Origin: Bispira polyomma
Lineage: Eukaryota
Assembly (NCBI GenBank): GCA_965649765.1
Contig: OZ287752.1
Location: forward strand, 62,558,001 to 62,622,000
Reading direction: 5' to 3'
Length of the DNA: 64,000 nt
A program made the translations under genes and the position numbers. The notes under the pieces are model-generated. The model was not told where the DNA came from. It did not search any database and saw only the letters and a list, made by a program, of their open reading frames with translations. Below are positions 39,557 to 53,027 of this stretch, piece after piece. Positions within the stretch are counted from its first letter, which is position 1. Each line of letters opens with the position of its first letter.

Positions 39557-40287
39557 TTATAAACAAACCACTACACAATCTGGATTACCACAGAGGCCAT
39601 TAATAAAAGTACACTTTGTTGCTTCAGAAGCCCTGGCCAATGCTGGGCATAGAACGGTTAAACCATAAGTTTGAGGAATTAAGAGTTTCAGTAGCAATTG
39701 ATTTTGGATTGGGTTCAATCGGTCGTATTGTGACGGCAACCATATTCATTGGTGGGGGAACCAGTACCAGTTTACCTTAAACCACCGATATATGGCAAGT
39801 AGCCTGACAAACTTTTCACCATGAAGGAAGCCGTGGGACCTTCCCTCCTTTATTGGGCTATTTTTGGAGTAGCCTGAGGTGAGGCTCTTTTATGTGACAT
39901 GGGAGCTCTATCTAGTTACTGTAATATACATCCATGTAATTAGCAGTGTATGTAATAGTACACTGATACTTATTTTCAAACGATATTGACGACTTAGTTA
40001 TCAGAACCATTAACAGCAAACTAGGTGCTATTTGACACACTAATTATTCTGAATAACAAGATGTAGAGGTATCATTCATCTTTGCTTCTTTTTGCCTTTT
40101 GCCAGTGTTTCTTCAATGTGTGAACACCTTATTTGGTTGTAATATAATAACTATTTTCCTAATTACCAGCCCTGTTAAATATACCCTTTTAGTAAAACCG
40201 TCACTATGAACTTTCAAGTAAAATATATCAAAACAAATTATCAAAAAGGTCCCAATAGTTCGGGAACTTCATGTTATCCATGGTTTA

Positions 40288-41190
40288 TAGTGATGTAGTC
40301 ATAATGTTATGTTACTATAGATAGTGTACTAGTGATGTAGTCATACTGTTATGTCACTATAGATAGTGTACCAGTGATGTAGTTATACGATTATGTTACT
40401 ATAGATAGTCTACTAGTGATGTAGTCATACGGTTATGTTACTATAAATAGTGTACTAGTGATGTAGGCATACTGTTATGTTACTATAGATAGTGTACTAG
40501 TGGTGTAGTCATACTGTTATGTTACTATAGATAGTGTACTTGTGATGTAGTCATACTGTTATGTTACTATAGATAGTGAACTAGTGGTGTAGTCATACTG
40601 TTATGTTACTATAGATAGTGTACTAGTGGTGTAGTCATACTGTTATGTTACTATAGATAGTAAGCTAGTGATGTAGTCATAATGTTATGTTACTATAGAT
40701 AGTAAACTAGTGATGTAGTCATACTGTTATGTTACTATAGATAGTGTACTAGTGATCTAGTCATACTGTTATGTTACTATAAATAGTGTACTAGTGGTGT
40801 AGTCATACTGTTATGTTACTATAGATAGTGTACTAGTGATGTAGTCATACTGTTATGTTACTATAGATAGTAAACTAGTGATGTAGTCATACTGTTGTGT
40901 TACTATAGATAGTGTACTAGTGATGTAGTTATACTGTTATGTCACTATAGATAGTGTACTAGTGATGTAGTCATACTGTTATGTCACTATAGATAGTGAA
41001 CTAGTGATGTAGTCATACTGTTATGTTACTATAGATAGTGTACTAGTGATGTAGTCATACTGTTATGTCACTATAGATAGTGAACTAGTGGTGTAGTCAT
41101 ATATTCTTATGTTATTGTGCTAGTAATGTAGTTATGTTACTACAAATAACATACTATTAAAGTAGTCATAATGTTGTGTTACTATAGTCT
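40288..41190. repeat. homogeneous 42-bp minisatellite (~19 copies to ~41100, then decayed)
   Basis: Unit TAGTGATGTAGTCATACTGTTATGTTACTATAGATAGTGTAC. Confidence 0.97.
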
Positions 41191-42076
41191 ATGTGTCAAT
41201 AATTTCCACGGTGGCAGACTAATTGACCTTAGAGACGTTGATAAGGCCTCTGTCTACAGTTAGGAGAATGGAAGCTACTGGTGTTGGTTGTGCTAGGGTA
41301 GTCAAAGAAAATACATTTTACCACTTTGAATACCAGACAAATGTATTTAAATGACTATACATCTGAATACAAATACAGCTTTATAAAACAATTATTATTA
41401 AGACAGTATCTAATATGGCGGGTTTGTATTGAATATTTAATGTATTAGCAGTTTTGTTGGCATTTTCAAACCTTTTACTGGTAGTCAATGAAGTATTGAC
41501 ATTGGTGTTTGTAAAACTATCACAGATCAAACACAGTGTCCGGGGATAATACATTCATTCACAGCCTTTCTCTACAATGGCCTTAAACGACTTTGTCATT
41601 AAGAACATCAAGGGAAAAGGGCAAAAGTTAAAACGTCAGTCAGGAAAAACCTATACAATACTAGCAACTTACATTTAACCCTTAATGGTTAGGTACATAA
41701 TTGTAATTTTACACTTAAATTGACATGCAATATTTGTTAAGTGGTGTAAAGCTGCTTTGGTTAAGCACAAATGTTAACACTTTCAAAGAAAGATTTTAAC
41801 ATCATGACTATGTCACTATTTTTAAGGGTGTTTTGTTTTTATGCTTTTGTTCATGATTTAAATACTTTTTTCTTTTGTTCCGATGAGTTACTTTCTAACG
41901 CTGAACCAAATGTTAGAAGTAGATTCAATGTGTTATATAATAGATTTCCCTTTATTAATTGATCAAATATCCCACAAAATGCCGTGCTACTGGTCAGAGG
42001 TAATTTATAAATATTTATATAAAAGACAGTGACTTGTGGATGACCATTAGCCTGCAAGGAATAGCATTAGCAAACA

Positions 42077-42270
42077 TTATAGGCTTCCGTACAAACCTTA
42101 AAACACATCTGTATCGACTCACTTTTCTTTACCAATCGTCTGCTGGTTATGACTGAACAGTGATCATGAACCTCCTACCGTACTGTGCCTTTGCATACTG
42201 ATTGGGACGTACACCACAAATGATGCCTGGTCATTAATTGTGGTGCTATAGAAGTCAAAACATTAACATT
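42077..42270 (+). mobile_element. LINE family A 3' end fragment with AACATT tail
   Basis: GFRTNLKTHLYRLTF and the 3' UTR shared with 84..446. Confidence 0.75.
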
Positions 42271-43729
42271 TTCTCTATTTGATCCTAGTTTGGTGAATCT
42301 TAGGTGTAAACAGACACACATAATGGTTCAGTTAAAATTGGTGGTCCTCTGCCTTTGGGCCTTATTCTTACTGGTAGTATACTATATCACCAGTGGAAAA
42401 GCTTACAAAACCTTGGTAACATTAATAAATGGGCATGTGTCTTGAGAATGACAGATTGCTGTCTGATAACATAAGAGATACTGCACTGAGTATATAATAA
42501 AATATAATACAAAACATTGACCATTAGTCAAGGTTTCTAACTTTCTTTAGCCTGTCACTGCTGTTATAGTGAAAAATCCCATCTACATGTCTTGACACAA
42601 TTTAACTGAGGGGAATTGTTTGCTTAACAAAACCATGACCATAGTAATGTGCATGCAAATCATAGGCATATTTCCATTCGCCTTTTTAGTATTTTATTAC
42701 TTCTTACTCACTTCATTGTGGGATATTAGATTAAAATTAGATGTTTAATTTGTTTTTGTATTATTTATTATACTTCATTCACCTTGCTCCCAGGAACTGT
42801 GTACTGTGATAATGTACAATGTAATTACAATATTGTTTGTTAAAATCTAATATCGCACAAAGAAAAATACTATCAACAAAAGTCAACCTCTTAATATTTA
42901 AACGAACCCATGATATTTAGTCTGTCATATCTTGACATTTATATGCTAGCCAATTTAAAAAAGAATGCACCTTAATTATCATGTTGAGTCTTTTTCAATG
43001 GTACGTTCTTCTAATCTTACTGTTACTGTAAATATGTAACTATTATTAATATTAACAAAATAGGTTCCATTATTAACCATTGGCCTAGTAGTTATAAGCA
43101 TCTGCTTTAATATTCACAGCCTCACAATTATGAGGACAGTGAGATGAACTCCTACTGCTTGCTTCATGTGGGAAAGAACTTGAAATATATCAGTGGTTTT
43201 TCAGTAAAAATGTACTGGCTTCCTCCACTAATAAGTCTGGCCGTCATGATATTACCACAGAGTTGAAAGTGACGTAAAACACAAGTAAATTCAAATCCAT
43301 AGAAAGCCAATATTACATAAATGTGTTTTGGTACTGACCAGTTCTTTGGCACATACTGGGTTGGTCAGTCTATTTGTTTTTGTGGATGAAATAGCTTTCT
43401 GAGCTAGCAACTAAGACCCTTCACAGTACAGCTTTAACAAACTATTACCAGGTAATTAAAAATATGCTTAAAACTGATAAAATAGCTTCAAAGTCACAGG
43501 TGGACATTATCCCATCCTTTCTACCTCGCATGTTTGAAGAATCTTTTGACATTTACCATGGTAAATTTAGGTTTTTTTTACTATACTGAAGCCATTTTGC
43601 AACTTCCTTTGCAAGTTGAAACTTCTTCAGCATTACAGCATATCACATCATTTCAGTATATTGTAAGACAAAAAAAAGCCGTATCAAACCCATTTGCTTA
43701 CCCACCTTTCTAGCCCGGCATCTGCAATT

Positions 43730-44034
43730 GCTGTGGAAATTGATTTCTTAGGCAAAAGTTATCACTTTAATATGCCATCCGTCGTATGTAAGTTAATGCA
43801 ACCTTAAACTAAGTTTTGGTGATGCTTAAATTAAAATCACCTTTTACTCGTTGACCTTAGCCTATGCCAGTATGTATATAATGTAGAACTAAAAAACTAG
43901 AATAAACTAATATTCCCAAGCTTCATCTATCAATTGTGTTCAAATATAATTCACCCAAACCTCTGTAAGGCCCTGGCTGTGGAAAATGATTTCTTAGGCA
44001 AAAGTTATGACTTTAATATGCCATCCGTCGTATG
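43730..44034. repeat. 59-bp direct repeat pair (43730-43788 and 43976-44034)
   Basis: GCTGTGGAAA(T/A)TGATTTCTTAGGCAAAAGTTAT(C/G)ACTTTAATATGCCATCCGTCGTATG, 2 mismatches. Confidence 0.9.
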
Positions 44035-46405
44035 CATTTTATATTATTTCTGTAGTGTGTTTAACACAAAAACAAAATAAACCAAAAATAAAGTAACATA
44101 TCAAACAAAACCTGATAAATTACTAGTTTTTAACACTGTCCCACGTTTCTCTCACCAATATATATCCCTTTATATGAAGCTATGCACATTGGGCCATAGA
44201 AGTCTCCCTTTTTTTATGCAAAACAAGCTATACCTGTGTACAATTACTCGTATCCCAGGAAACTGAAACTGCTAATTTCGCATGAAACTAAATCCAGCCA
44301 TCTCCAACAGAAAAAGGCTTCAATTCTAATGAAAGTAATCATCTTTCCAAGGCAAGTCAATTACTGTGCAAATCTGTGTTCTATTTTACAAAGCAATCTA
44401 TGACAGAAGGGTTGTTTTGTTAGATAGGGTCCTCTCAAAGCATTGGACTAATGGGCATGTTTCTGTCTTTCGAATTAGAATAAATAAACATATCCCCCCC
44501 CCCCCCCTTTTGAATAAGGTTGTGGTATGGTAAAGTAAATGTTAATGATTAATATCAATTAATTTTAAAACTTTCACAAGCACATATTTTACATTGGGAC
44601 ACTGTTGCTTGAGTATAAAAAAGCCACCCTGAGTTGTCACAGAAATATATATGTATTTGGCATCAGAGTTGGCAGTAGCTGAGGAGACTGATGATTTCTG
44701 AAAACTATGGCTCTGGGATGCGATTGCTATTGATGTCTAGTACTAGAGAAACATATTAAGGTTACCTTAAAGGTTACAATTTTACATATGAAACTATATA
44801 AATCTACTGTAGAGAAATGTTATGTATAAAGTTTAAAAAAAAAACATAATTTTTTTAATGGCATCAAACTGTGTAATTATATTGTATAATAATTTTTTAT
44901 TGTAAAAAAAATTTATGTGAATTGAAATAAAAGCTTAAACGAAGAGGTTTTGTTTGCCTTTGTAAAAAAATTCATGTCTGTGTGTGTCTTTGCTGTGTGA
45001 TTGTAGAGCAGGGAATCAAAGAAATAGGAGTGGAATGTTCCTATATTGATGTCTAATTAGCTTAGCTAGGGGCCAGGAACAATAGGAAATCACGGTCGGC
45101 TTGTTCTTTTGAATATGTCCATCTGAAGCATAGTCATTTGACTGCAGTGTCTGTGTGCCAAAATGGCTACAGAGATATAATGGCTGTCGGACAATACTTA
45201 ACTGTGGCCCATTAGTGGTGAAATTGGCAGGAACTAAATGACACAAACACTTTAGTGGGCATTTGAAAAGAGGGCTGTAATGATAGAAAATAGAATCTGT
45301 AGGAGAATAAATGATGGAGAAAGAAATAATAAAGAAGTGCCTGGATTTTTTTTTTGGGGGGGGTATTTTATTGTAAAAACTGGCCTTAACAACACTTCAA
45401 CAAGTTGTTTCTAATTTTGCATATAAGATGACTTTGAATTAATGATCAATGTCCTAATATTTATTACAATAAAAAAGATGTTTAAAATGATAATCTTACT
45501 GCAAAAGGAATGTTAGCTATGCCATCCCACCAGTTTATGGTTATTTTACAGGAAAAAAATTGAACACCATTTTTATTGACCAGTAATAGTGTTGATTTAG
45601 TATTGTCACTAATTTGATGTAAACTATACACCAAGTGAACTGTGGCAGAAATCCCCGAAACCTGAAATATTTAAAATATATGAATTCTGAACATGTGTTG
45701 ATGTGATAAGTATTCAGTAGACACAGCTAGCAACTTATTAATTGATTCCTTAGATCAAACAGGTAGTTTTATCCCGTTATTTGACAGCACTTAGTCTGTT
45801 AGGCACTTCACTTGTTGAAAAGAAGAGGGTAAAAAAATATAGGCCATAAAGCATAATAGGACAATAAATTGACTCAACTATGGCAATAGCAATATTGAAG
45901 CTTGACACGAAAGGATTTGTGATGGTATAATATATGTATAAACAACACATCAAATTTATTCGGAGACAAAAGGTACAATACAATATGTACTGTAGAAGTG
46001 GAAAGGTTAGGTTGAAGAAAATGTGACTAGTAATTCACATTTTTTTATAGAATTACTTTGCACTATCTAAGCTCACTAGCTGAAATAGCTAAAATTACTT
46101 TCTTCTAAAAAATTCTACTTGTACGGTGATATATGGATTTATAAAAGTCAATCCTGTGATGCATATCCTCTACATGGAACTATTCTCTTTACATTATATC
46201 AGGAATTTTGAATTCAGTTGGGGTTTTTTGTCGCTTTCTAGAGCTTAGAGTTCTTATTACTATGGTCACTAAACTAATGATGTAGACCACATAAATCTCG
46301 ACCACAACATCTAAGGTATCAAGTTCGAATCTGAGAAGAGGCATGTATAAGCGAAAGTGTTTGCAATGACATCAGTATATCAATAGTCCTTGCTTAAGGC
46401 TGGTT

Positions 46406-46797
46406 AAAAACTGCCTTGTTATTTTTTTCAGAAATGAAATTGTGGGTACATACTTAAAATATTGTTATTTTATTAATTCTCAGATATTACTACAAAAATT
46501 AAAAACAGTTCAAACAATTCCACACTATAGGTGATTCATTATATATAGATTACTTGTAGCCCAGTCGCACATTCATGTAGCATCTTACCCTAACGTCTAC
46601 AGGTATGTTGGAATGTAGCACTCTGTATCGTAGGGAAAACGGTTTAAAATAGATATTATGTCGTCATTTTCTGTCTTTGGCCTTGTTCAGTTAGGCTTCC
46701 ACAAATCCTTCTAAATTCTTCACAGTACATCATAACACCAATGCACGTAATTTGACGGATGTAAATGCCACAATTCGTTCAAATTTGTGGTATAAAT
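46406..46797 (+). repeat. 392-bp near-identical copy of 49608..49999
   Basis: Aligned by eye with about 4 substitutions. Confidence 0.95.
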
Positions 46798-47477
46798 CTC
46801 AGGTCAACTTTCCAGCTCCAACAAAACTGCCCCATTAGATTATACAAATGTAGTTTGTTGAAGGTGATGCCAAACAAAAACTGAATGTAAACCTAAATTT
46901 CTATATAATTGAAATTCAACTGGATAAATCCAGTGGATAACTTGAATGTATTTGGGCTCACATCATTTTCAAACATCATTGACTCGAACCCACATTCATG
47001 AGAGCGAGAGGTTATGCACTAGTAACTAGAGGTGACCAATGCTATCTGTAGTGTATAGCACCAACCTACTAGCAAGTACCTGACAAGTGTTTACACATGT
47101 CGGAAACAATGTCACTGTCTTTAGAGGTAAGAGGTTACATAAACATTAAAGCAGATGCCTCGATAACCATTAGTCTAACATTACTCTCTCTATGCTGTAT
47201 GTATGGTTATTATGTTAGTGCCAATTCCAGATACTGTGACCATACTCATAACAAAACTACAGCATTTAGTTTGGCCAATATTCTTGGGTATGCCTCATTG
47301 TTTAAGAGAACGACCACCATGGATACTCTCCTGTATTTCCAATCCTGGTAAAGCAATTGTGTGAACAGGGTTATTTTCTACCAAGAACTTTTTTTTGCCC
47401 TTAGATCTTTGTGTTGCTATAATGTTGCCAAAAGTGTAGAGCTTTCATGCTAAAGACTCTGTAATATTAGAAGAGTT

Positions 47478-47601
47478 GTGATTGATTTGACCATAGAATC
47501 ACCACTAAAATAGGTACTAAATTGAATTGATTTAGGCAATATAATCACTACTAAAATGGGTACTAAAATGGATTGATTTGGGCAGTATAATCACTACTAA
47601 A
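47478..47601. repeat. ~46-bp tandem repeat (~2.7 copies)
   Basis: ATTGATTT...ATA(T/G)AATCAC(T/C)ACTAAAAT(A/G)GGTACTAAA repeated. Confidence 0.75.
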
Positions 47602-48257
47602 GATGAGAGCTTACAAGGGATATTCTTTTCACCAGAAACCAGTACAGCTCCATCACTAGGCATTGGGTATAATTGTTTAAAGGGACAAGCTTACTTCGCA
47701 ATACAATACACTTATTCCTTTAATGTCTATAATCCTAATATTTACTTTTGCTTTGCAAATAACACACTGTTTTCTTGATTCCAGAATGGGTACATTTTCT
47801 CCTAGTTTGTGTCAGACCAAAAGACCACTCCAATGATCTCCATGTTTCACATTTTACCCCAGGGACAACCCTCCCCCCAAAAAGCAGATTATTTTGCAAA
47901 CAGAGTTCTCCTGAGACACTGGGTTTAGTGGCATGTGACTATTGGGTTCACTTTGTATGTGAGATTAAATCCTTCCATGTCATTTAAGAGTCTATTGTCT
48001 TGAGGAGGAACGCCATTTCTTTATTAAGTATATACCTAGTATCTCATATTCCTGAGAAATGTCACTCCTCTGGTGTATTAGACATGTGGAATTTTGTCTG
48101 TCCGTAATATTTTTATTTGAAACTATAAAACTAATATACCTTAAACAAATGTTTACATAAGCAACCGATACATCATTTGGAAATGGTTCTACCAGAGAGA
48201 AAGAGGAAACACTGAAATACCATATAACCTACATACATAACACATTGGCATATGTCA

Positions 48258-48460
48258 GGGGACCCAGGTAAATGTGTAGTGGTAGCCACACTCGACTACC
48301 ACGTCTGCAGTTTGGGGTTCGATCCTGCTGTGTCACGACACATGTATGTCAGCAAATTGGCAGAAGGAGTTGCTGACGTCCAGTAAACCATGACCAGCTA
48401 TATAACGTGTACTGGTTTTTTCCCCACCAATAAACTGTCGCCATGTGAAATAATATTGAA
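48258..48460 (+). mobile_element. degenerate tRNA-derived SINE
   Basis: Box A-like TGTGTAGTGGTAG, box B GGTTCGATCC, and 3' CTGGTTTTTTCCCCACCAATAAACTG. Confidence 0.6.
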
Positions 48461-49758
48461 TTTTATTTTTATGTTATATTTATATAAAATAAATGAAAAT
48501 AAAAGTAGTTGTTGAAAATCATGTGAAAACTAACACAAAATAACAACAAAGACTAAAAGGTCAAGTATGTTTAATTAATTCATGTTTTTATTTATTTACT
48601 ACTACTTTTTTGACACTGTTTACTGAACAAAAGCCAACACTCCTTGAGGAAACCCAGTAGAGTCAGTAGAACATTGAAATAATCCCCCCCCCTTCCCGCA
48701 GGTGCAAATTGAGACCCTATAAAAACTGCAGAAGTTAATAGTTTTACCTTGTATAGGCGTTAGAACAGGTAAGCTACACACTAGAGGGCATGTCAGTGTA
48801 CACATGATCAATGTCCACCCATAATTACAGGATAGATTTCTTTTCTGTGTTCCCCCTTTCTGAAAATGATTCTTGCCTTCATCCGATTACTGTATGTTGT
48901 GCCTATATTAATAGAAACTAAATCAGAATAAATAGGGTGTGTAGATACAGTTACTTTACATTTACAGAAGAAAGTGGATATTGTTTTTTTTTCTTTTGTT
49001 TTTGTTTGTTATTGCCCTTGGCTAAGAAGAGACAGGTTTTATAACAAGACCATCCTTGGTAATTAGTGTCTGCCTGTAGTTTCAACAAACAAAATACAGA
49101 TACAGCATGATGTATCAAGTAATCAAGCACAGCATAAAAACATACTGAAAATCAAGAATTCGAATGAGGGAAAATATAATGAGTTGATCTCACATTACCA
49201 ATGATAGCATTGGTCTCAAGATTTATTAGCACTAGTTTTGCCTAATACATAGGCGACCAACTACATGCACTCAAATATATCAAATCAACTTATTTATTGT
49301 ACTTCCTACAAGTTATATTTATCTTCAAATGGACTTTATGTGTTCAAGAGAATGAACACTGACTAATGTTCAACATATATTTATTTATCAATAGTTATGT
49401 ATTTATATATGGAATAGATTCGTGAATGGCACGAATTATAGTAGGACCAATGTGAAAGCATACAAAAAAAATTCAACCGCCTTTTGACTTTTATTGTATA
49501 TAATTATCTAGGTAGAGTTTATAAAGAAACTATTGTGTCAAAGGTCTTAATTACCATGATTTGTCTCCAACAGACAACACACATAATTATACTTTATCTT
49601 TGAAAAGAAAAACTGCCTTGTTATTTTTTTCAGAAATGAAATTGTGGGTACATACTTAAAATATTGTTATTTTATTAATTCTCAGATATTACTACAAAAA
49701 TTAAAAACAGTTCAAACAATTCCACACTATAGGTGATTCATTATATATAGATTACTTG

Positions 49759-50299
49759 TAGCCCGGTCGCACATTCATGTAGCATCTTACCCTAACGTCT
49801 ACAGGTATGTTGGAATGTAGCACTCAGTATCGTAGGGAAAACGGTTTAAAATAGTGATTATGTCGTCATTTTCTGTCTTTGGCCTTGTTCAGTTAGGCTT
49901 CCACAAATCCTTCTAAATTCTTCACAGTACATCATAACACCAATGCACGTAATTTGACGGATGTAAATGCCACAATTCGTTCAAATTTGTGGTATAAATT
50001 AAAGAAAAGCATCATAATGGGGCTTAACATCTCAGTAAGTCATGCTAAGAGGTGGGCACATATCAAAATGTATCAAAATGTGACCAAAGTTCTGAAAGCA
50101 CACACTAGTATAGTCATCAGGTTTATCATTTGTAGAAAGAACGGGGTAATTATGTTTGTCACAAAAAGTCACGTCTCTACATCACAAAACAAGTGCAGAC
50201 TTTTGACAACGATACATTGGAAGGAATTATCACTTGCGGTGATGTTTCAAAAGGTAGTTACATAACGTAGGTCCTGAACGGGCATGTGTGACCGGGGCA
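49759..50299. mobile_element. PIF/Harbinger-type MITE
   Basis: Terminal inverted repeats TAGCCCGGTCGCACA / TGTGTGACCGGGGCA, related to the TIRs at 52050-53027. Right flank is TAA. Confidence 0.65.
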
Positions 50300-51230
50300 T
50301 AAGAGACAGAGAGGAAATATAACTAAATAATGCTACAGTACTTTAGTTATTGGGGCATTACCCGATGTTGGAACATTTTCTGTGATATCAACCCTGAAGT
50401 CTTGCAAATATGTAACGGAAAGACAGAAAACAAATATCTACAAAAAATGTTACTCAGACCTGAAGAGCAGTTTGACGCAACAGTCTTAAATGTCAGTGAT
50501 AAAACAGTAGCCTATATATGTATATATATGTATATCTCCCCATCTATCTATAACTGAAAACACTCAGCTTGCTTAATAGCAAAATAGAGAGGGGGTGTGA
50601 CTTTAATCAGGCAAAGCCTGATGTTGTTTTCATTCTAAAAATGACGCCGCCATCTTAGAAATAATATGTAAGGCCTTTTATGGATTGGTGAGGGGTTTCA
50701 GATTTGCCTCAATATATAGGGGCTATATCAACACTAGTGTATTTCACACTGTGCGCGTGTGTCTTTTTTTAAAAGACAACTCTTGTTTCTTAGATATACA
50801 GGGCACCATTATAGGTAAGAAGAAACAATCATGTTGTTGCTTTTAAGAAAGACCAGTCTGAGTGCTTTATCTCTGTCTTTCCGAAGGAAACACAATGCCA
50901 TCTCTCTACATAGAAATACATGAAACTTTATCACAAGGTTTTATGCAGTGTTTTAGGGTGAAAAGTTTAAAGGTGAAACTCCTGAATCTATAACCATACA
51001 ATGTCATACAATCTGTTGGGCTATTGTATTCACTCATATTTTAATTAGTGAAAAAATGATGTCGCTATTCAAAACTAATTGAATCAAAATTATTTCTACT
51101 CTATTGGGCAGTTTATACACCCTCATTTACTTCTTTCGATGTATGTGTGACTTCCAATTCAAGTCTAGACAGTTGTTTTTAAAGGTTTTAACTCTTGATT
51201 TTATCTGAGAACTGAAATGCCCTGACCAGT

Positions 51231-51744
51231 TAGCCTATGCTTCAGGCTGACCTCACGATTTTTTTGCTCCCTGACTGATTACATCTGCTTTGTCAACAGA
51301 CATCTGCCGACATCGGATTGGCTTCGATGCAAATCTGCTGAAAGAAAGCAGTTCCTAACATATACAGTGACCGAAATATTCGGTAGGGAAAAATATGCTG
51401 AAAGGAATTGGCTGTTTTATTAACATCCAAGCCGATCCGACATCAGACGATGTAGCGCTTTCTTTCTTCCGATATGGACTATGTAAAATGGTGTAAAATG
51501 GTGTGAGTAATTTTTTTTGTTGTTGTTAATTTTTGTTAAAAAATCTGACCGACTCCACCCCCCCATCCCCCCTCCCCCCAATTTTTTTGTACCCTGACCG
51601 ATAACATCTGATGGTGGAACAGACATCTGCCGACATCTGATCTGATCTAGGGCAAATATGTTGAAAGGAAGCAGTTCCTACTATCAAATAGTGACCGATA
51701 AAATTGGCCAATGATCGAAAGATGCTTGAAGGAAGCCTAGGCTA
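51231..51744. mobile_element. possible MITE with an internal ~85-bp direct duplication
   Basis: Imperfect inverted ends TTAGCCTATGCTTC / GAAGCCTAGGCTAA. AACAGACATCTGCCGACATC...AAGCAGTTCCTA...AGTGACCGA occurs at ~51295 and ~51618. Confidence 0.5.
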
Positions 51745-52049
51745 AGGGGTAGTAATTCCAAGCTGCTGAGACCACAATAAGCACTTAACTTGCATATAAG
51801 CAATAAAAAAAGTCTTGAGTAGAATGGTTCATAAGAAGCAGATTAGTGGTTTGTTAAAATTGTATTGAACACTGGCTGATCAGGGGATTGCATTATAATT
51901 GCTCACTTTTACATTTTCTAGTGCTCGTGCCAGGCAGCGACACCTTCAAAAAATATGTCTGTTAGTATCGGTTAGTATAAAAATAAATCAGCAGTCCACA
52001 GACCAGGAAGTAGGAAGCTAGATTAATGATTTTTTATGTTATTCATTAA

Positions 52050-53027
52050 TGGCCTGGTCACACCTACACATGCAAACATCTCACAACATAGAAAAGCAAT
52101 ATAGACTGAAAATGTAGCAGTTTCGTGCTAATGTTAAGTAATTTTTATAAGGTGCCAATTGTGACGTTTCATGAAGTTTTATGACAATATTGGTACTTCT
52201 ACAAATGGAGCGGGGGCAAAAATCGAACAATTTACTAGTAGGATATCATCACCTACTACTACGTAGAGCTAATATACTGCTACTTACTGGTGCATTCTGC
52301 TACTTATGTCCTGGTCACACCTACATATTCTAGAGCTACGTTGTGTGAATTTAGGAAACGGTTTGAAATGTAGCAGGAAGTGAGGATCCCTTCTGTGATC
52401 GTTTCTTTAAGTATTGCAACGTTTTGCGACGGATGATATTGTTCCGGAAACATCTCAGTTTTGTCCTTTTCGTGTACTGCTATAAACTTTTTGAAAGACT
52501 ACAGTCACAGCTCCTGTTTCACTGTTTGTCCCCAAACGTTTTCGAAAGTAGCAGATGTATCAATAAGTAGCTATATGTAGTAGTAGGTAGTGGGGAAGTC
52601 CCAGAAGTCCCTTTATGGAAATGACGTCACTTTGATACAATACTACCACGTTTTCAGTGTATATTGCTTAGGTACGTTGGGGGACGTTAGCACGTGTAGG
52701 TGTGACCAGGCCATTAGTGAAAGATTCCTTGACAGATACGGTCGCGTGGAAACAATATCGCTACTTAGTGCTACGTTATACTACTTATATAGGTGACTAA
52801 AGACATCCTCGAGAAACGGAGAGCTCTGTCCCGATTATTTCAAACAGTTTGAAACGATCATGAAGCAAACCAAACAAAGATGTTTCGGGAACAATACCAT
52901 CCGTTAAACAATGTGACAGAACAAACGCACCAGGGATCCTCATTTGGCATTACATTCTACTACGTTTTAAAACAGTTCAAAACGTCACTCACGCATAGCT
53001 CCAGCATGTGTAGGTGTGACCAGACTT
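52050..53027. mobile_element. PIF/Harbinger (Tourist-like) MITE, outer copy, TSD TAA
   Basis: TAA[TGGCCTGGTCACACCTACAC...GTGTAGGTGTGACCAGACTT]TAA. Confidence 0.8.
52307..52713. mobile_element. PIF/Harbinger MITE, inner copy of the same family in opposite orientation, TSD TTA
   Basis: TTA[TGTCCTGGTCACACCTAC...GTAGGTGTGACCAGGCCA]TTA. Its arms are imperfect reverse complements of the outer copy's arms. Confidence 0.8.

Noticed and set aside
40288-41190. CRISPR-like regular array
   Set aside because: Units are contiguous with no unique spacers, there are no cas genes, and the context is eukaryotic. It is a minisatellite.
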